DNA of 62,825 bases, the filler included, from Stramenopiles sp. TOSAG23-3 (taxonomy: Eukaryota): the NCBI GenBank assembly GCA_900128585.1. It is 17 parts of 17 records of this genome, joined end to end, with 100 filler letters (N's around TTAATTAATTAA, not from the genome) between each part and the next. Parts side by side here need not be neighbours in the genome. Positions count along the whole stretch, not along the records: positions 33,437 to 37,034 come from LT644155.1; positions 37,135 to 40,726 come from LT644156.1; positions 40,827 to 44,418 come from LT644157.1; positions 44,519 to 48,106 come from LT644158.1; 13 more parts are not named here. The stretch is one strand, 5' to 3'. The notes below the pieces were generated by a model that saw nothing but the letters and a program-made list of their open reading frames with translations, ran no database searches and was not told the origin of the DNA. The translations under genes were made by a program, and so were the position numbers. Below, piece after piece: positions 35,266 through 46,044 of the stretch; within the stretch, counting starts at the first letter, position 1; every line of letters starts with the position of its first letter.

Positions 35266-37034
35266 ATGAGTGATGCAAAGAAGAAGACACCGGCCGAGAA
35301 GGCTGCGACTGCGCGTTTCTCATGGGCGGAGAAGGGCGACCCCTACTCTGCCCTGGATTTTACCATTCTACTGTTGAAAAACCCGAAAGTAAAACCTCCC
35401 GGGTTTACAGACCAAGAGATTGCAAGCTATTTTGGAAGAGTCCCACTCTTCGCCTCGCTGGAATCGGAATTGTCAGCATTGACAAATTCACTGAGGGGAA
35501 AAAAGAGGAGGTCGACAAAGTCTAGTAAATACGGAAGTCTGACGAGCACGCTGTCCAGCTGGGTGTCCAAGAAGCCCACTGCGTTGCCGCTTGACACCGA
35601 AAAATTCGTCGACTCATTGCCGAAGCCAGAGGCGTCCGAAGAACCCCCAAAGGAAGAGAAGGAATTAGAAACGAAGTTGGTCCCGAAGACCAAGCCCCGG
35701 CGCGACTGGAGGAACTTTGGTCAGAAACAGAAGTCCTCGCGCACCAAACGACGGGATACAGAAAAAGAGGCACTGGAGACGGCCGGGGGCGACGACGCAG
35801 ATAGCAACGCCCAGTTGGACACCGCTAGGGCGCCCCCCAAAGTTAGGAAACGGAAGTCGAGCGATGGCTTCATCAGAGGCAAAACAGGAAAGTCTGGAAC
35901 CAGCGGCGGCAAAAGCGATTCCGCAGCGGGATCCAAGTCCGTCAAAGCCAGCCGTGCGAGAACTCCAGAACGAACCCCGGTCAAATCGCGCCCTGCGAAA
36001 ACGATGGACAGGAAGGACGACACGCCTGGGAACCCCGCCACTGCAGTACCCCTTTTGACCTCGCCGCGCCCCCCTGCATCGGAAAAGCCAAGCAACACCC
36101 CGTCGAGATCCAGGTTTGGTGTCGCCAAGACACAGAAGCAGTTGCTGGAGGACCAGGACAGACTTGCCGCAGAAGAGGCAGAGAAAGAGAAACTTTTGAT
36201 GGAGAAAAAGGCATCGTACACCCCGTCCATGTGGAAAACGGACGACGCCATACTACCAGAGCGGTACAAGTCTCCTCGAAAGAGTAAGGCAGACGAAATC
36301 GAAGAGACAATACCAAGCGAAAAACCCTCATATACAGTGTCGTCATGGCGAAAGGATCCGAAGCGACCTCGAACCTTCAGCAAAGAAGCGGTGCCTGCCG
36401 GCCCGAATACCAAAACGAGGCAGGTATCCAGGGAAGAGAAGCGAGAACAAATAGCAAAGGTGTACTATGAAAAGACAACTGCGTTGGGCCTCAAATTCGA
36501 AGAGATAGACATCAACGCAGCGCGGCAGTCATGGCAGCAGAAAATAGACTCAACAACCCAAAGCAACAACCCATCAATCAGTGGGACTATGTCGAAGTTT
36601 AGCAAAAGTGGGTCTCAAATATCGACGTTTTCGGCAAAGGCAAAGGCGTCCATCAGGATTCTGACCCCACTTTTTCAAAACAGCAAGAACCTATACGATG
36701 AAACATCCACCTTGCAGGCGTTAGAGGCGCTTCTGAAAATTGCAGATGATCCTCAAGGTACAATTGTGCTCGGAAACATGAAGCTTTACGAAAACTTAAA
36801 CGACTTACTGATGAGAAAGAAACGGCCGAGCGCCAATTTGCTGGGAAAAATATACGACGTGCTGGCCGCAATGTCAACCATGTACGCAAAACTTGGAAAC
36901 AAGCAGTCCTTTTTGAACTCTGGCATTTTGGTGTTAATGGTGGAGCACGTGTTTAGTTACATCGTCAGCGTAGATAAAGATGGCATGCTATACGAAGATG
37001 CCGGGGACAAGGTCGGAAAAACATACGAAGAAAG
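35266..37034 (+). CDS. Hypothetical protein with long disordered region followed by ARM-like helices; 3' truncated
   Basis: ORF of about 590 codons running into the linker. Confidence 0.65.
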
Positions 37035-37136
37035 NNNNNNNNNNNNNNNNNNNNNNNNNNNNNNNNNNNNNNNNNNNNTTAATTAATTAANNNNNNNNNN
37101 NNNNNNNNNNNNNNNNNNNNNNNNNNNNNNNNNNAG

Positions 37137-39128
37137 GGTGACGCTGGAGGTGACACCGGAGGCGAGGCTAAAGTACCCTCAGTCTTGGGAGCCGCCGCAT
37201 CCGCAATACGCCCGTTGACGGCAGCACCGACAACCTTGCTGCCTGGTGCTTGCAACAATTGGGCCGCCGTGTGGGAGAGGTTCCCAAACCTCACAGCACT
37301 CTCGCTCGGCATACGTGAAGACACAAGCGCTAGGACTATCGCCAAGCTGCTCGACACGCTCGGGGCCCTCGAGATGCTGGAAAGCCTTACCCTTGGAATT
37401 CCACCTTCAGGGCCCGGTGTTCCTTCTTTTTTCGCGCGAGCAGCAGACTCGGAGGGCCGCGACGAAGCTGCAGTGATGGTAGGACCGAGGCTCAAGACAT
37501 TGCGACTTTTCCGGCTATCGGCGCTGGCTCATCTCCTGTTGGCCACCCCGGGGCTGAGGAGCCTGCAGACGCAGCACTGCAGGCAGTTGCGTGACGTTCA
37601 GACGAAGCCTGCGGGAGCGCCGTTGCTCTACCTGGCCGAGTGGAGCGCCGAAGGGTCGCCGGTCAGCACACAGTCTGTCACCTCGCTGGCGTCTCCTGCC
37701 CTGCACTTTCTCTCGCTGGAGCCGCCTTCGGCGCGACATGGCGATCACTCTAATCCCGGGTTGGTGCGTGGCTCCCTACCCGATCCCGACCATTGTGATT
37801 TAATGGAGGCGCTGTCCGCCCGGGGGGTGACACTTCGTAGCTTGTCGTTCGTCAGGTGTACCTACTTGTCGCTGGCGAGGAGACAGGTGCACTTATCGCC
37901 GATGTCGTTGATACCTTGCCTGGAAACTCTGGTCTCACTGGTGCTGACCGGGAACAAAACGGTGAGCAAGGCGACGCTGCAACTCATTTCACAGTGCGTC
38001 TCGCTGCGGAGACTTGAATTGGAGTTGTGCGTGGGCATTGCGGGGCATATAAACGCCGAGAGCGTCGTAGAATCCGGCGACTCCGCGGATGCAAGCGAGG
38101 AGGGCCAGCACACGGGTAAGGGCCAGGACAATGGCCAGGGCCAGGACAGTAGAAGCGACGCAGCGTGGCTCGAGGGGGCTAAAATAGCTGTCAAGGACGA
38201 GTGGGGCGCGGCTGGGCTGCCCGTTCTCAACAAAATGCTTGCGTTCTGCGAGTCTTCGAACCCCACGCTCGAATTCGGCCCCCCAATGTCCTCCAAAGAG
38301 CAGCGAATGGTCATGTCAATCGCTGCGGAAATGGGTCTGCCCTCAAGTGCCGGTGGCAAAGGGTCCAAGCGTTCCGTGGTTGTCAATCGCTGCGGTGGCA
38401 AGGGCAAGAGCAAGAAAAAAAGCAAACGCAAAGGCAAGGGCAAAGGCCCACGCGGGGCTGGCAAAGGCGACGCAGGCGCATCCCAGGACCGTGATGCCAA
38501 CGCGGTCTCGCCGCTGTGCTTTCCGCATCTGACAAACCTCCGCCTCTGCAAGAGCAGGCAGCTACTGTCCTTGTCGCTTACGGCACCTTTGCTCTCAACG
38601 TGCGCCGTTTTCGACTGCTCGTCGCTCGCGTTCATCGACCTGCGCGACTGCTCGCAGCTGATCCAGCTGGACCTCTCCGAGTGTGGGCAGCTTGAAAAAG
38701 TGCGCTTGCAATCGCGTGGGAGAAGCCGGCGCCTGCTTCCAGGTGCCCCGTTGCTCAAGATGTGCGCGCTCAACTACTGCCGGCGCATCGAGGAGCCGTT
38801 TCTGCACGAACTGGTGCGACGTTGCCCCAAGCTCGTCCGCCTCGAGTGTTTTGCCTCGGCGGCAGCCCACGACGGCGCCAAGATGCCGCGGAGCGACAAA
38901 CAAAGATCGAAGGATGCAGGGCACCACAGAAAAGACGTATCCGGCAAGGGCAAGGGCAAAGCGCGGGTTTCCGACTCCTTGAAAAAGCTCGAGAAGACGC
39001 TGCGGGACAGAAGCAGTTCCCGCAGGGTGACAAGGGACGGGAGGCCCACAGGAGGTGACGACGGAGGAGGCCTGATTCGCACAAAGGGACAGTACAGGTC
39101 GCGGGGCGACACGTGGTACTGCTTTTAA
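37137..39128 (+). CDS. Leucine-rich-repeat (FBXL/AMN1-type) protein with inserted R3H-like domain; 5' truncated
   Basis: LxxLxLxxC repeats (LRRLELELC, LIQLDLSECGQL, CPKLVRL) and the R3H-like LEFGPPMSSKEQRMVMSIAAEMGLPSSAGGKGSKRSVVV. Confidence 0.75.
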   Translation, partial: GDAGGDTGGEAKVPSVLGAAASAIRPLTAAPTTLLPGACNNWAAVWERFPNLTALSLGIREDTSARTIAKLLDTLGALEMLESLTLGIPPSGPGVPSFFARAADSEGRDEAAVMVGPRLKTLRLFRLSALAHLLLATPGLRSLQTQHCRQLRDVQTKPAGAPLLYLAEWSAEGSPVSTQSVTSLASPALHFLSLEPPSARHGDHSNPGLVRGSLPDPDHCDLMEALSARGVTLRSLSFVRCTYLSLARRQVHLSPMSLIPCLETLVSLVLTGNKTVSKATLQLISQCVSLRRLELELCVGIAGHINAESVVESGDSADASEEGQHTGKGQDNGQGQDSRSDAAWLEGAKIAVKDEWGAAGLPVLNKMLAFCESSNPTLEFGPPMSSKEQRMVMSIAAEMGLPSSAGGKGSKRSVVVNRCGGKGKSKKKSKRKGKGKGPRGAGKGDAGASQDRDANAVSPLCFPHLTNLRLCKSRQLLSLSLTAPLLSTCAVFDCSSLAFIDLRDCSQLIQLDLSECGQLEKVRLQSRGRSRRLLPGAPLLKMCALNYCRRIEEPFLHELVRRCPKLVRLECFASAAAHDGAKMPRSDKQRSKDAGHHRKDVSGKGKGKARVSDSLKKLEKTLRDRSSSRRVTRDGRPTGGDDGGGLIRTKGQYRSRGDTWYCF

Positions 39129-39412
39129 AAGTATTTCATATTGTTTTTCATTAAATGTAAATATAATAATAAGATAAAAACTCACAATTACTTTGTTTAA
39201 ATATATCATTGTCGATTAAGTATTTATTTTTAATTTCTTCAAAATTTTCAAAACAAATAATACTTTGATTTTTAGAGTTAGTAATGATTGTAAGATCGTA
39301 ATCAATCGGATACTACGTATTCCAGTACAACGGGGGGTTCGCAAATCCCCCGTTGTCATGTGTATTCAATGATACTGGTGCACTTACGAAACATAATCTT
39401 TTTGTTATCATT

Positions 39413-40318
39413 TTAAAAAAATGAAGACAAAAGCAACATGAACAGTGGTATAATGGCCAATTTGTGCATTGAAACGCTTGAAACACCATTTTCTTTCAAT
39501 TTTGTGTCACAAATGCCTTTGCTGTCACTACAGCATTCTGCCGATAATGCAACGATCACATCTTGGCCACTTGCCGATACGTCAGAACACTGAATGCCAG
39601 TGGAAAAGTTTGTACCAGCTAGAGCCTCGCCGCTTACGAAGCTATTGATAGCCGCAATGTCGTCGCAGTTATTAGTACCCCCCCACGAAGGTGGGATAAC
39701 TGTGGGGGTATAGGTTGATGGTGTTTTGCAAATATTGCTGAAATCCGCATGACACGCAGATTTTCCATCCGTGCAGCATCCGCCCGATAATAGATAGTTC
39801 AGAAACCGTGGTGAGTCACCATTTGGCCCTTTTGCCGTAGAGAACGTCGAACAGCTTACTGTTGCATCCCAATCGATAGAGTTAAAAGCCTGTCCTGTCT
39901 GAGATTTTAGATCATACCATGTTTGGCAATTTTGTGGAGTATTTCCGGGCAGTGCGTATGAAGCCGTCGGTGAGAACTTTGATGGGTCTAAGCAAGCCCC
40001 TGAGTAATCCTTTGCGCACACAGACATTCCGTCAGAACAGCAATCCGCGGCAAACATATTGAGCAAGGTCTCAGTTCCACTAAAGTCACTGCACGTCGCT
40101 GATGCCCAAGGCACCGAGTTCCAGGATTGCCCATTTTGGGAGAATAGCGTATAAACATAATCGCATGTTTTATCCTGGTTATTTAATCTGGTAATGGCAC
40201 TACCGTTATAGGTGTTTGGGGTTTTGCAAGATTTAGAGTAGTCTGTGCTGGCATAAGAGGGCGCCACTAGAAGGATGACGAGCGCTGTGACGTAACCGAA
40301 AGTTGTTGTGAATTTCAT
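39413..40318 (-). CDS. Secreted, probably GPI-anchored Cys-rich protein with three ~80-aa repeats
   Basis: Signal peptide, three repeats D[YF]SxxCxxPxx[YF]...CC[ST]D[GS]xxxC, and a hydrophobic C-terminus. Confidence 0.8.
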   Translation of the reverse strand: MKFTTTFGYVTALVILLVAPSYASTDYSKSCKTPNTYNGSAITRLNNQDKTCDYVYTLFSQNGQSWNSVPWASATCSDFSGTETLLNMFAADCCSDGMSVCAKDYSGACLDPSKFSPTASYALPGNTPQNCQTWYDLKSQTGQAFNSIDWDATVSCSTFSTAKGPNGDSPRFLNYLLSGGCCTDGKSACHADFSNICKTPSTYTPTVIPPSWGGTNNCDDIAAINSFVSGEALAGTNFSTGIQCSDVSASGQDVIVALSAECCSDSKGICDTKLKENGVSSVSMHKLAIIPLFMLLLSSFF

Positions 40319-41514
40319 TTTAAACCAGTTTTTGTTTTACTGTTGAAAATATTTTTTGATTAAGTTGTAAGTTGTTAGTATCGCTACGTACCTTTACTAA
40401 TAAATGATCAAATCAAAATAATGACGAGATGGGCTTGGTATTCTTCGGATGAAAATGTATTTTTGTTGTTTGTGTTTTTTTACCCCATTGTCAATTTATA
40501 CCGCGTCGTAAAGAAGAACTTCCCTTTTTTTTTGTTCTTCTTCTTCTGTATATAATTTCTATGGTGGTACCATCACTCTATCATCGAACATACCAACATT
40601 GCGAAAAAATTCCAACATTGCTAAGTGTGCTAAAAAGTGTAATAGTCTGTAGTATAGCAAAAATACTTTAAGGAAATATCAGCGGAAGGAAGATGATACA
40701 GTTAGAATTGAATGGCTGTGATTGATNNNNNNNNNNNNNNNNNNNNNNNNNNNNNNNNNNNNNNNNNNNNTTAATTAATTAANNNNNNNNNNNNNNNNNN
40801 NNNNNNNNNNNNNNNNNNNNNNNNNNTCTTCTTCTTCTTCGGTATTAATTAAGTGTCAATAATATATAAATACAGTACTACTTTTATTTATTCGTTTGTA
40901 TAATTTAAATTCCTTTGTATCTTTTCTTTCTTCTATCTGACAAAATCAAAATAACAACCACCACGCACGTCCAAGAACAACCTTAATTTAAAATTGGAGA
41001 GATGCTTCATTGAATACTATTTCGTTTCATTCCATCTCAGCAGAATATCGTCAATAAATTTTATTACGGAATAATAATGATACATAATACATCTATAATA
41101 AACTTCACTTAAAATATAATAAATATGTAAACTATATCCTTAATTAATAAATAAAAAACATTTTTAAAAAATAATAATAATAATTAATAACAACACCCAC
41201 GCTGAAATTCAAAAAAACAAAACTTCAAGTAGCTACAGGAATTTATAGCTTTTACAAATTATTACTCAGAAGAAAGAAACTATAATCACAATCCATAATA
41301 ACACTTGCAGATAAAATACACATCAATCCTCATAGCGCAGCAGAGGTGTTCATTGCAAGGACCACTTCGGAAGCCTGTCGAGAGAACACAAATCACTGAT
41401 GCTCGACAGTTTGCGAGCGGAGTGTCAACCCCACAATGCCGCACGGAAAACGGCGGCGAGAAAAACGATCTGCGCCTGCTATTCCGTGTTTCGCACGGTC
41501 CGCAAAAAATCTGC

Positions 41515-41859
41515 CTACTCTGGGCTATCGACGCATATATATCCTAAATCTGATGCCAGGCATTCTTCTCTGTTGCGCGCATTTGCCCCATCATTTCGAG
41601 GCTTCGTAACGCCAGGGACAGACACTCTAGTATTGCCGCTCTGAACGCAGCTTTTGCATTTACGACCAGAACCTTGCTTCCACTGTTTCATACTGAAGTC
41701 GTTGGTATTCTTTACCTCACCGCATGCCGAACATTTTCCTTTCATGCAAAAATTACATCGCCTAACGTTATCAATCTTCTGCCATTGCTTGCCAGTGAAC
41801 TGCTGACGCGGAAGCATGGCAAGGCAGGCCGAGCACGGCCGTTCCATTTCGTCCGCCAT
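41515..41859 (-). CDS. Small protein with two Stc1-like zinc-finger repeats
   Basis: CSAC-x7-F[TS]xKQW-x6/7-CxxC occurs twice. The 3' end is uncertain. Confidence 0.6.
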   Translation of the reverse strand: MADEMERPCSACLAMLPRQQFTGKQWQKIDNVRRCNFCMKGKCSACGEVKNTNDFSMKQWKQGSGRKCKSCVQSGNTRVSVPGVTKPRNDGANARNREECLASDLGYICVDSPE

Positions 41860-42412
41860 CGCTACTTCCTAGACCGTATGATGTTTATATAATCTTGTAA
41901 TAGCCTGTAGACTCCCAAACAAATTTGCCGTAAATCGGTCGGTTTTAAACTCCTAATGCTACTTTTCGAACTCGAACGTCATAAAAATCGTTCTATATCA
42001 TTCAGAAAACCGAAAGCAACCGCGACTTTCATTCAGCACTGACTCTGAGGAATATGAAGTTGCAGGTAATAAATAATATACATATATAAAGAGAAGAGAA
42101 GAAGTGAGTGAGAAGAGTGAGGGGATGATTTTTTAATAATCCAACAAATAATTGTGTTGTATTATTATTATATTTGCTGAATCCATCTTCTAATTTATTT
42201 TTTTATTTAAGTTAAAACAATGCTGTGTTGATGTTGTATATAACCCATCTATAATTTTGAATCTCCTTTTTTCATCATCAACAAAAATAAAACCGACAGG
42301 CGGCAGCATTTTTGTTAGTTCTATATTATACCGATCTGTTGTGTTTACTGTTATCATTAAATCTATGCTAATAGTCTGTATACGAAGTAGTACAACCGTG
42401 GTGGTGAGGCTA

Positions 42413-44418
42413 CTACCTCTTCTTTTCTGTCGTCGTATTAGTAATTTCCTTCATTTTCTCAAATGCATCCTTCAGTTTTGGGTGCAGTTTCGGATCGTAG
42501 CTATGTGTTCCCCCCTCTTGCATAATTATGTATTCCCACGTTCTCATTTTAGTCCCCTTGGGGTGTTGAACATCTAGTAGAGAGGTGGTGGATGTAAAGA
42601 CTGTGCAGCGAACGGGCCAACCGCGATCGCTTTCTTCAACCACCCAACCATCTTTCCGCAGTTCGGGCGTTAAGTCGTCCCACGTGCTCGTATCTTTTTC
42701 AGGGTCTGCGCAATCAAAAATGCAAGGCACCAACGTTAATATCTCGGTAAATCCCGGTAGGTATTTTGAAGTTATCTCATTCTCGTCCCGGCCTATGCCC
42801 GCTGCGCATTTGCAGAAAAAAATAGTGGCGCTACCGAGAAACCACAGAAAATTGTTCCGAAGCCTTCGGGAAAATGCAACGACACATGCAGTCAAGGCAA
42901 ACCCATTGTATACGAGCGTTGGTGTTTGCAAATACCACGGTATTGCTACGTTATTATCCGCATTGTTGATCGAATGCAGCCACACGCCAACAAGAAGTTT
43001 CAATGCTATCGCAATTGGAATTACGGTCTCGGCAGAAAACCTTGCGTGGCATTCATTGTAACGGGTTGGCTGTTTCGCTGCATGGACCAACATAAATTTG
43101 TCTACAAAATACATCACAGCACACCCGATTAGACATACTAAATACAAAACGGGGAAGCCGGAAGAACAGCTTATGCACACAACCATAAAACTAAGTGAAA
43201 CGGGGAGGACCATTTCTATTTTCCAATCCCATCCACTGTACCGTTCGTTCAGTTCGTCCTGCGTTGTCACAAGCTTGCCGAATGGCCAACCGTACGTTTG
43301 GGGGCCTCTCTTGACTCTGCGAAAAACACCCTTTACGATCTCAACGATGTACAGCAACAGTGCGATTAGAATGGAAAATACCACCGAGTATATTATGCAC
43401 GCCCCGGTAGTTACATACCACATACTCCCAAATCGAGACATGACGGTAGCCACATTAGCGTCGCTTTGCACATTGATGTGAGGCAACACGAGCGTGTTCA
43501 CGGTAACTGCAACGATGACAGCCGATGATGTCGCCAAACTTTCGGCCCTTGCGCTATGGTGCCTTTCATACGGTATGACAAATTTAGAAATACTGCGCAC
43601 CAACGCAGCATTTGTCAATGAAATCGAAAGACCGACAGAACGGTGCGATAACGTGGTAACCCAAATTGCTTCTTTGAGCGCAAATGTAATCAGCAATAGT
43701 ATGCACTTGGCCAAAGTACTTATGGTCCTTCGTTTCACTATGCTCAAGCTTGAAGTATCAATATTCTCCCAATTTATATTTTCCGGGTTATCAGCCTGCA
43801 CAACGGAGATTGGGTAGCGTCCCTTAAATCTTAAAGGTCGCGGCTGGAACGGTCGGCCAAAAAAGTTGGAAAACAAGTTGTAATCGTTCAAACAGCGCTT
43901 CATTGATTCTTCATGGTTGAATATAATAAACGCCCCTCTAGTTTCATCCTGATTGGCACGGCTTTGTTTCATAGTCTGGACAAAACGACTCTGGTGAGCA
44001 TTGTATGCACGCTTTAACTCAGACGCTTTTCTTCCCCAGTCATTTGACCCAACTTTATCTTCTGCCACATCGCCCATTTCCTTTTCCCTCGCAGAATAAT
44101 ACTTCCACATGGCTCTTGCGTGCATTAATTTTCGGGATATTTTCTTCGTTTCTCGGTACATTCTCAGAAGGTGGCTCGTTGGGTGGACTATTGTGGCATC
44201 GCAAACATACATGTCTTTAAAGTATTCGTCACATGAATTGTTTACATTTTTTACAGGCAGCAAATCAATAGTCTCCAATATTTCAATTTCCTCTCCGTTG
44301 AGATCGTACGAAATCACGGGTGGGGCACAAATGTTCTCTTTTTCCCTTGTTGTTTTCGACGTGCACCCGCAACACCACCCTGGCCAGCTCCAATCATCTT
44401 CATCAAGACGGTACAAGT
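42413..44418 (-). CDS. OSCA/TMEM63 (CSC1)-like channel; 5' truncated
   Basis: GAFIIFN...VVQADNPENINWENI (cf. AFVTF...APEPxDIxWENL), several TMs, SSGFPVLY and YFVDKFMLV...PTRY. Confidence 0.75.
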
Positions 44419-44717
44419 NNNNNNNNNNNNNNNNNNNNNNNNNNNNNNNNNNNNNNNNNNNNTTAATTAATTAANNNNNNNNNNNNNNNNNNNNNNNNNN
44501 NNNNNNNNNNNNNNNNNNGAACTTATTATTATTCTTTACACAATTTACAAACGAATAATAATAATATAAGAGAACACCGAAAGAGTTATTAATTAAAAAA
44601 ATAAAGAAAAGGGGACAAACAAACTATATGATATATAATACATAAAGAAACACTTTCAACTTCCACAACTCGATTGTTTTTCTTGTTTCACATTTGAGGC
44701 ACTTCACACATTTAGTT

Positions 44718-45407
44718 TTATTCACCACCTTTCTTCCGAGGGGTAGTCAACACAGTATACCGTCCTTCCTTTACAACTCTATACCCTTCGTCTTTCAGTG
44801 TGTAGTCGGCAAATTGGTTTTTCATCGTTTGCAAATCAAAGGATGGGCACTTCAAGCCCAGCTGGTGGATGCCAGCACTGATTTGACCGCGGTGGTGCGT
44901 ACCGTGATTGAAGGCTTGGCTTAGTCCTGCGCAACGAACCAGTTTCGTGGGGAATCCCTCCGTGTCAATGTACGTGATCGTTTCCATGCACCATGAGTCG
45001 TCTTTGTCAAAAAGGAGGCGGTTCCACGCGTTGCACTGGTCTGTTAGAGATGCGAATAGTTCGTCGCAATCTGGCACCCTCTCTTCCCAGGCTTTTCCAA
45101 GATCCTCGCCTTCCAAACCATAAAGTGGGCACACCCCGACTGGCATCGGCTCCCCAGCAATTCTCGAGTACCAGAGCTGTTCCGCGCCCAATAAGTGGTT
45201 TAACGTTCCATGAATGGAACGAAAGAACAGTCTGATGTCTTTCCTGTAAATGTCTTTCAATTTATCATCTTCACTTCCTACCATATGTTTTCTAAGAAAT
45301 TTCAGTAACCGCTGCGTGCAGTGCTTGTTGTACTGACCCATGTAACGGAAATGGTGCATCAACGTAGACGAGATAGTTTCTGTTCCCTCTTCCATCTCCT
45401 CCGCCAT
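44718..45407 (-). CDS. DinB/YfiT-family protein
   Basis: LFFRSIHGTLNHLLGAEQLWYSRI and FNHGTHHRGQISA carry the DinB His triad. Confidence 0.9.
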   Translation of the reverse strand: MAEEMEEGTETISSTLMHHFRYMGQYNKHCTQRLLKFLRKHMVGSEDDKLKDIYRKDIRLFFRSIHGTLNHLLGAEQLWYSRIAGEPMPVGVCPLYGLEGEDLGKAWEERVPDCDELFASLTDQCNAWNRLLFDKDDSWCMETITYIDTEGFPTKLVRCAGLSQAFNHGTHHRGQISAGIHQLGLKCPSFDLQTMKNQFADYTLKDEGYRVVKEGRYTVLTTPRKKGGE

Positions 45408-46044
45408 TGTTGACTTCTACCAAGATTCAACAATGTTCTTGTTTCAAATTACCAACGATATTATTTTGTTTGCTTTTTTTATCGTTCATTCGTTTATAGT
45501 TGTTTGAAAACTTATTGTGAATGTATAAATATGCAGTATAATATATAAAAAAAAAGGGGACGGACGGAAGAAACAACACAACAACAAACAAAACAAACAA
45601 AAAATGTTATTATTTTTTAAATAATAATAATAATAAAAAATATTAATATAATACATATACACACGATGGGGGGGGATGCTATTTTATAATAACCAATTAT
45701 TTATTTTATTTTTTATAATAATTATTTATTATATTTATTATTTATTAATTATCTTTTTTTCTTCTCCTCCTCCTCCCTCCTCCCTCCTCCTCCTCCAAAA
45801 AAACAAAAAAAAACAAAAAAAACATTTTTTTTTTTTTTTTTTTTTAAATTCTAGCTGAAAGAAAATTCATAGTATGATTTGATGAACAAGGAAGCACAAC
45901 CCTTCATCTATAATGAGGAACAAATGCTGTTGATGCCCTTTTTTGTTCACGAGTAATAAATTTACTGAACTGAACGCTTCGTGTTCTTCTGCTTCACGGG
46001 ATTGAACCGTGTACACTGTTTTTTCCCTTTGCCGAGTGTGTGCT

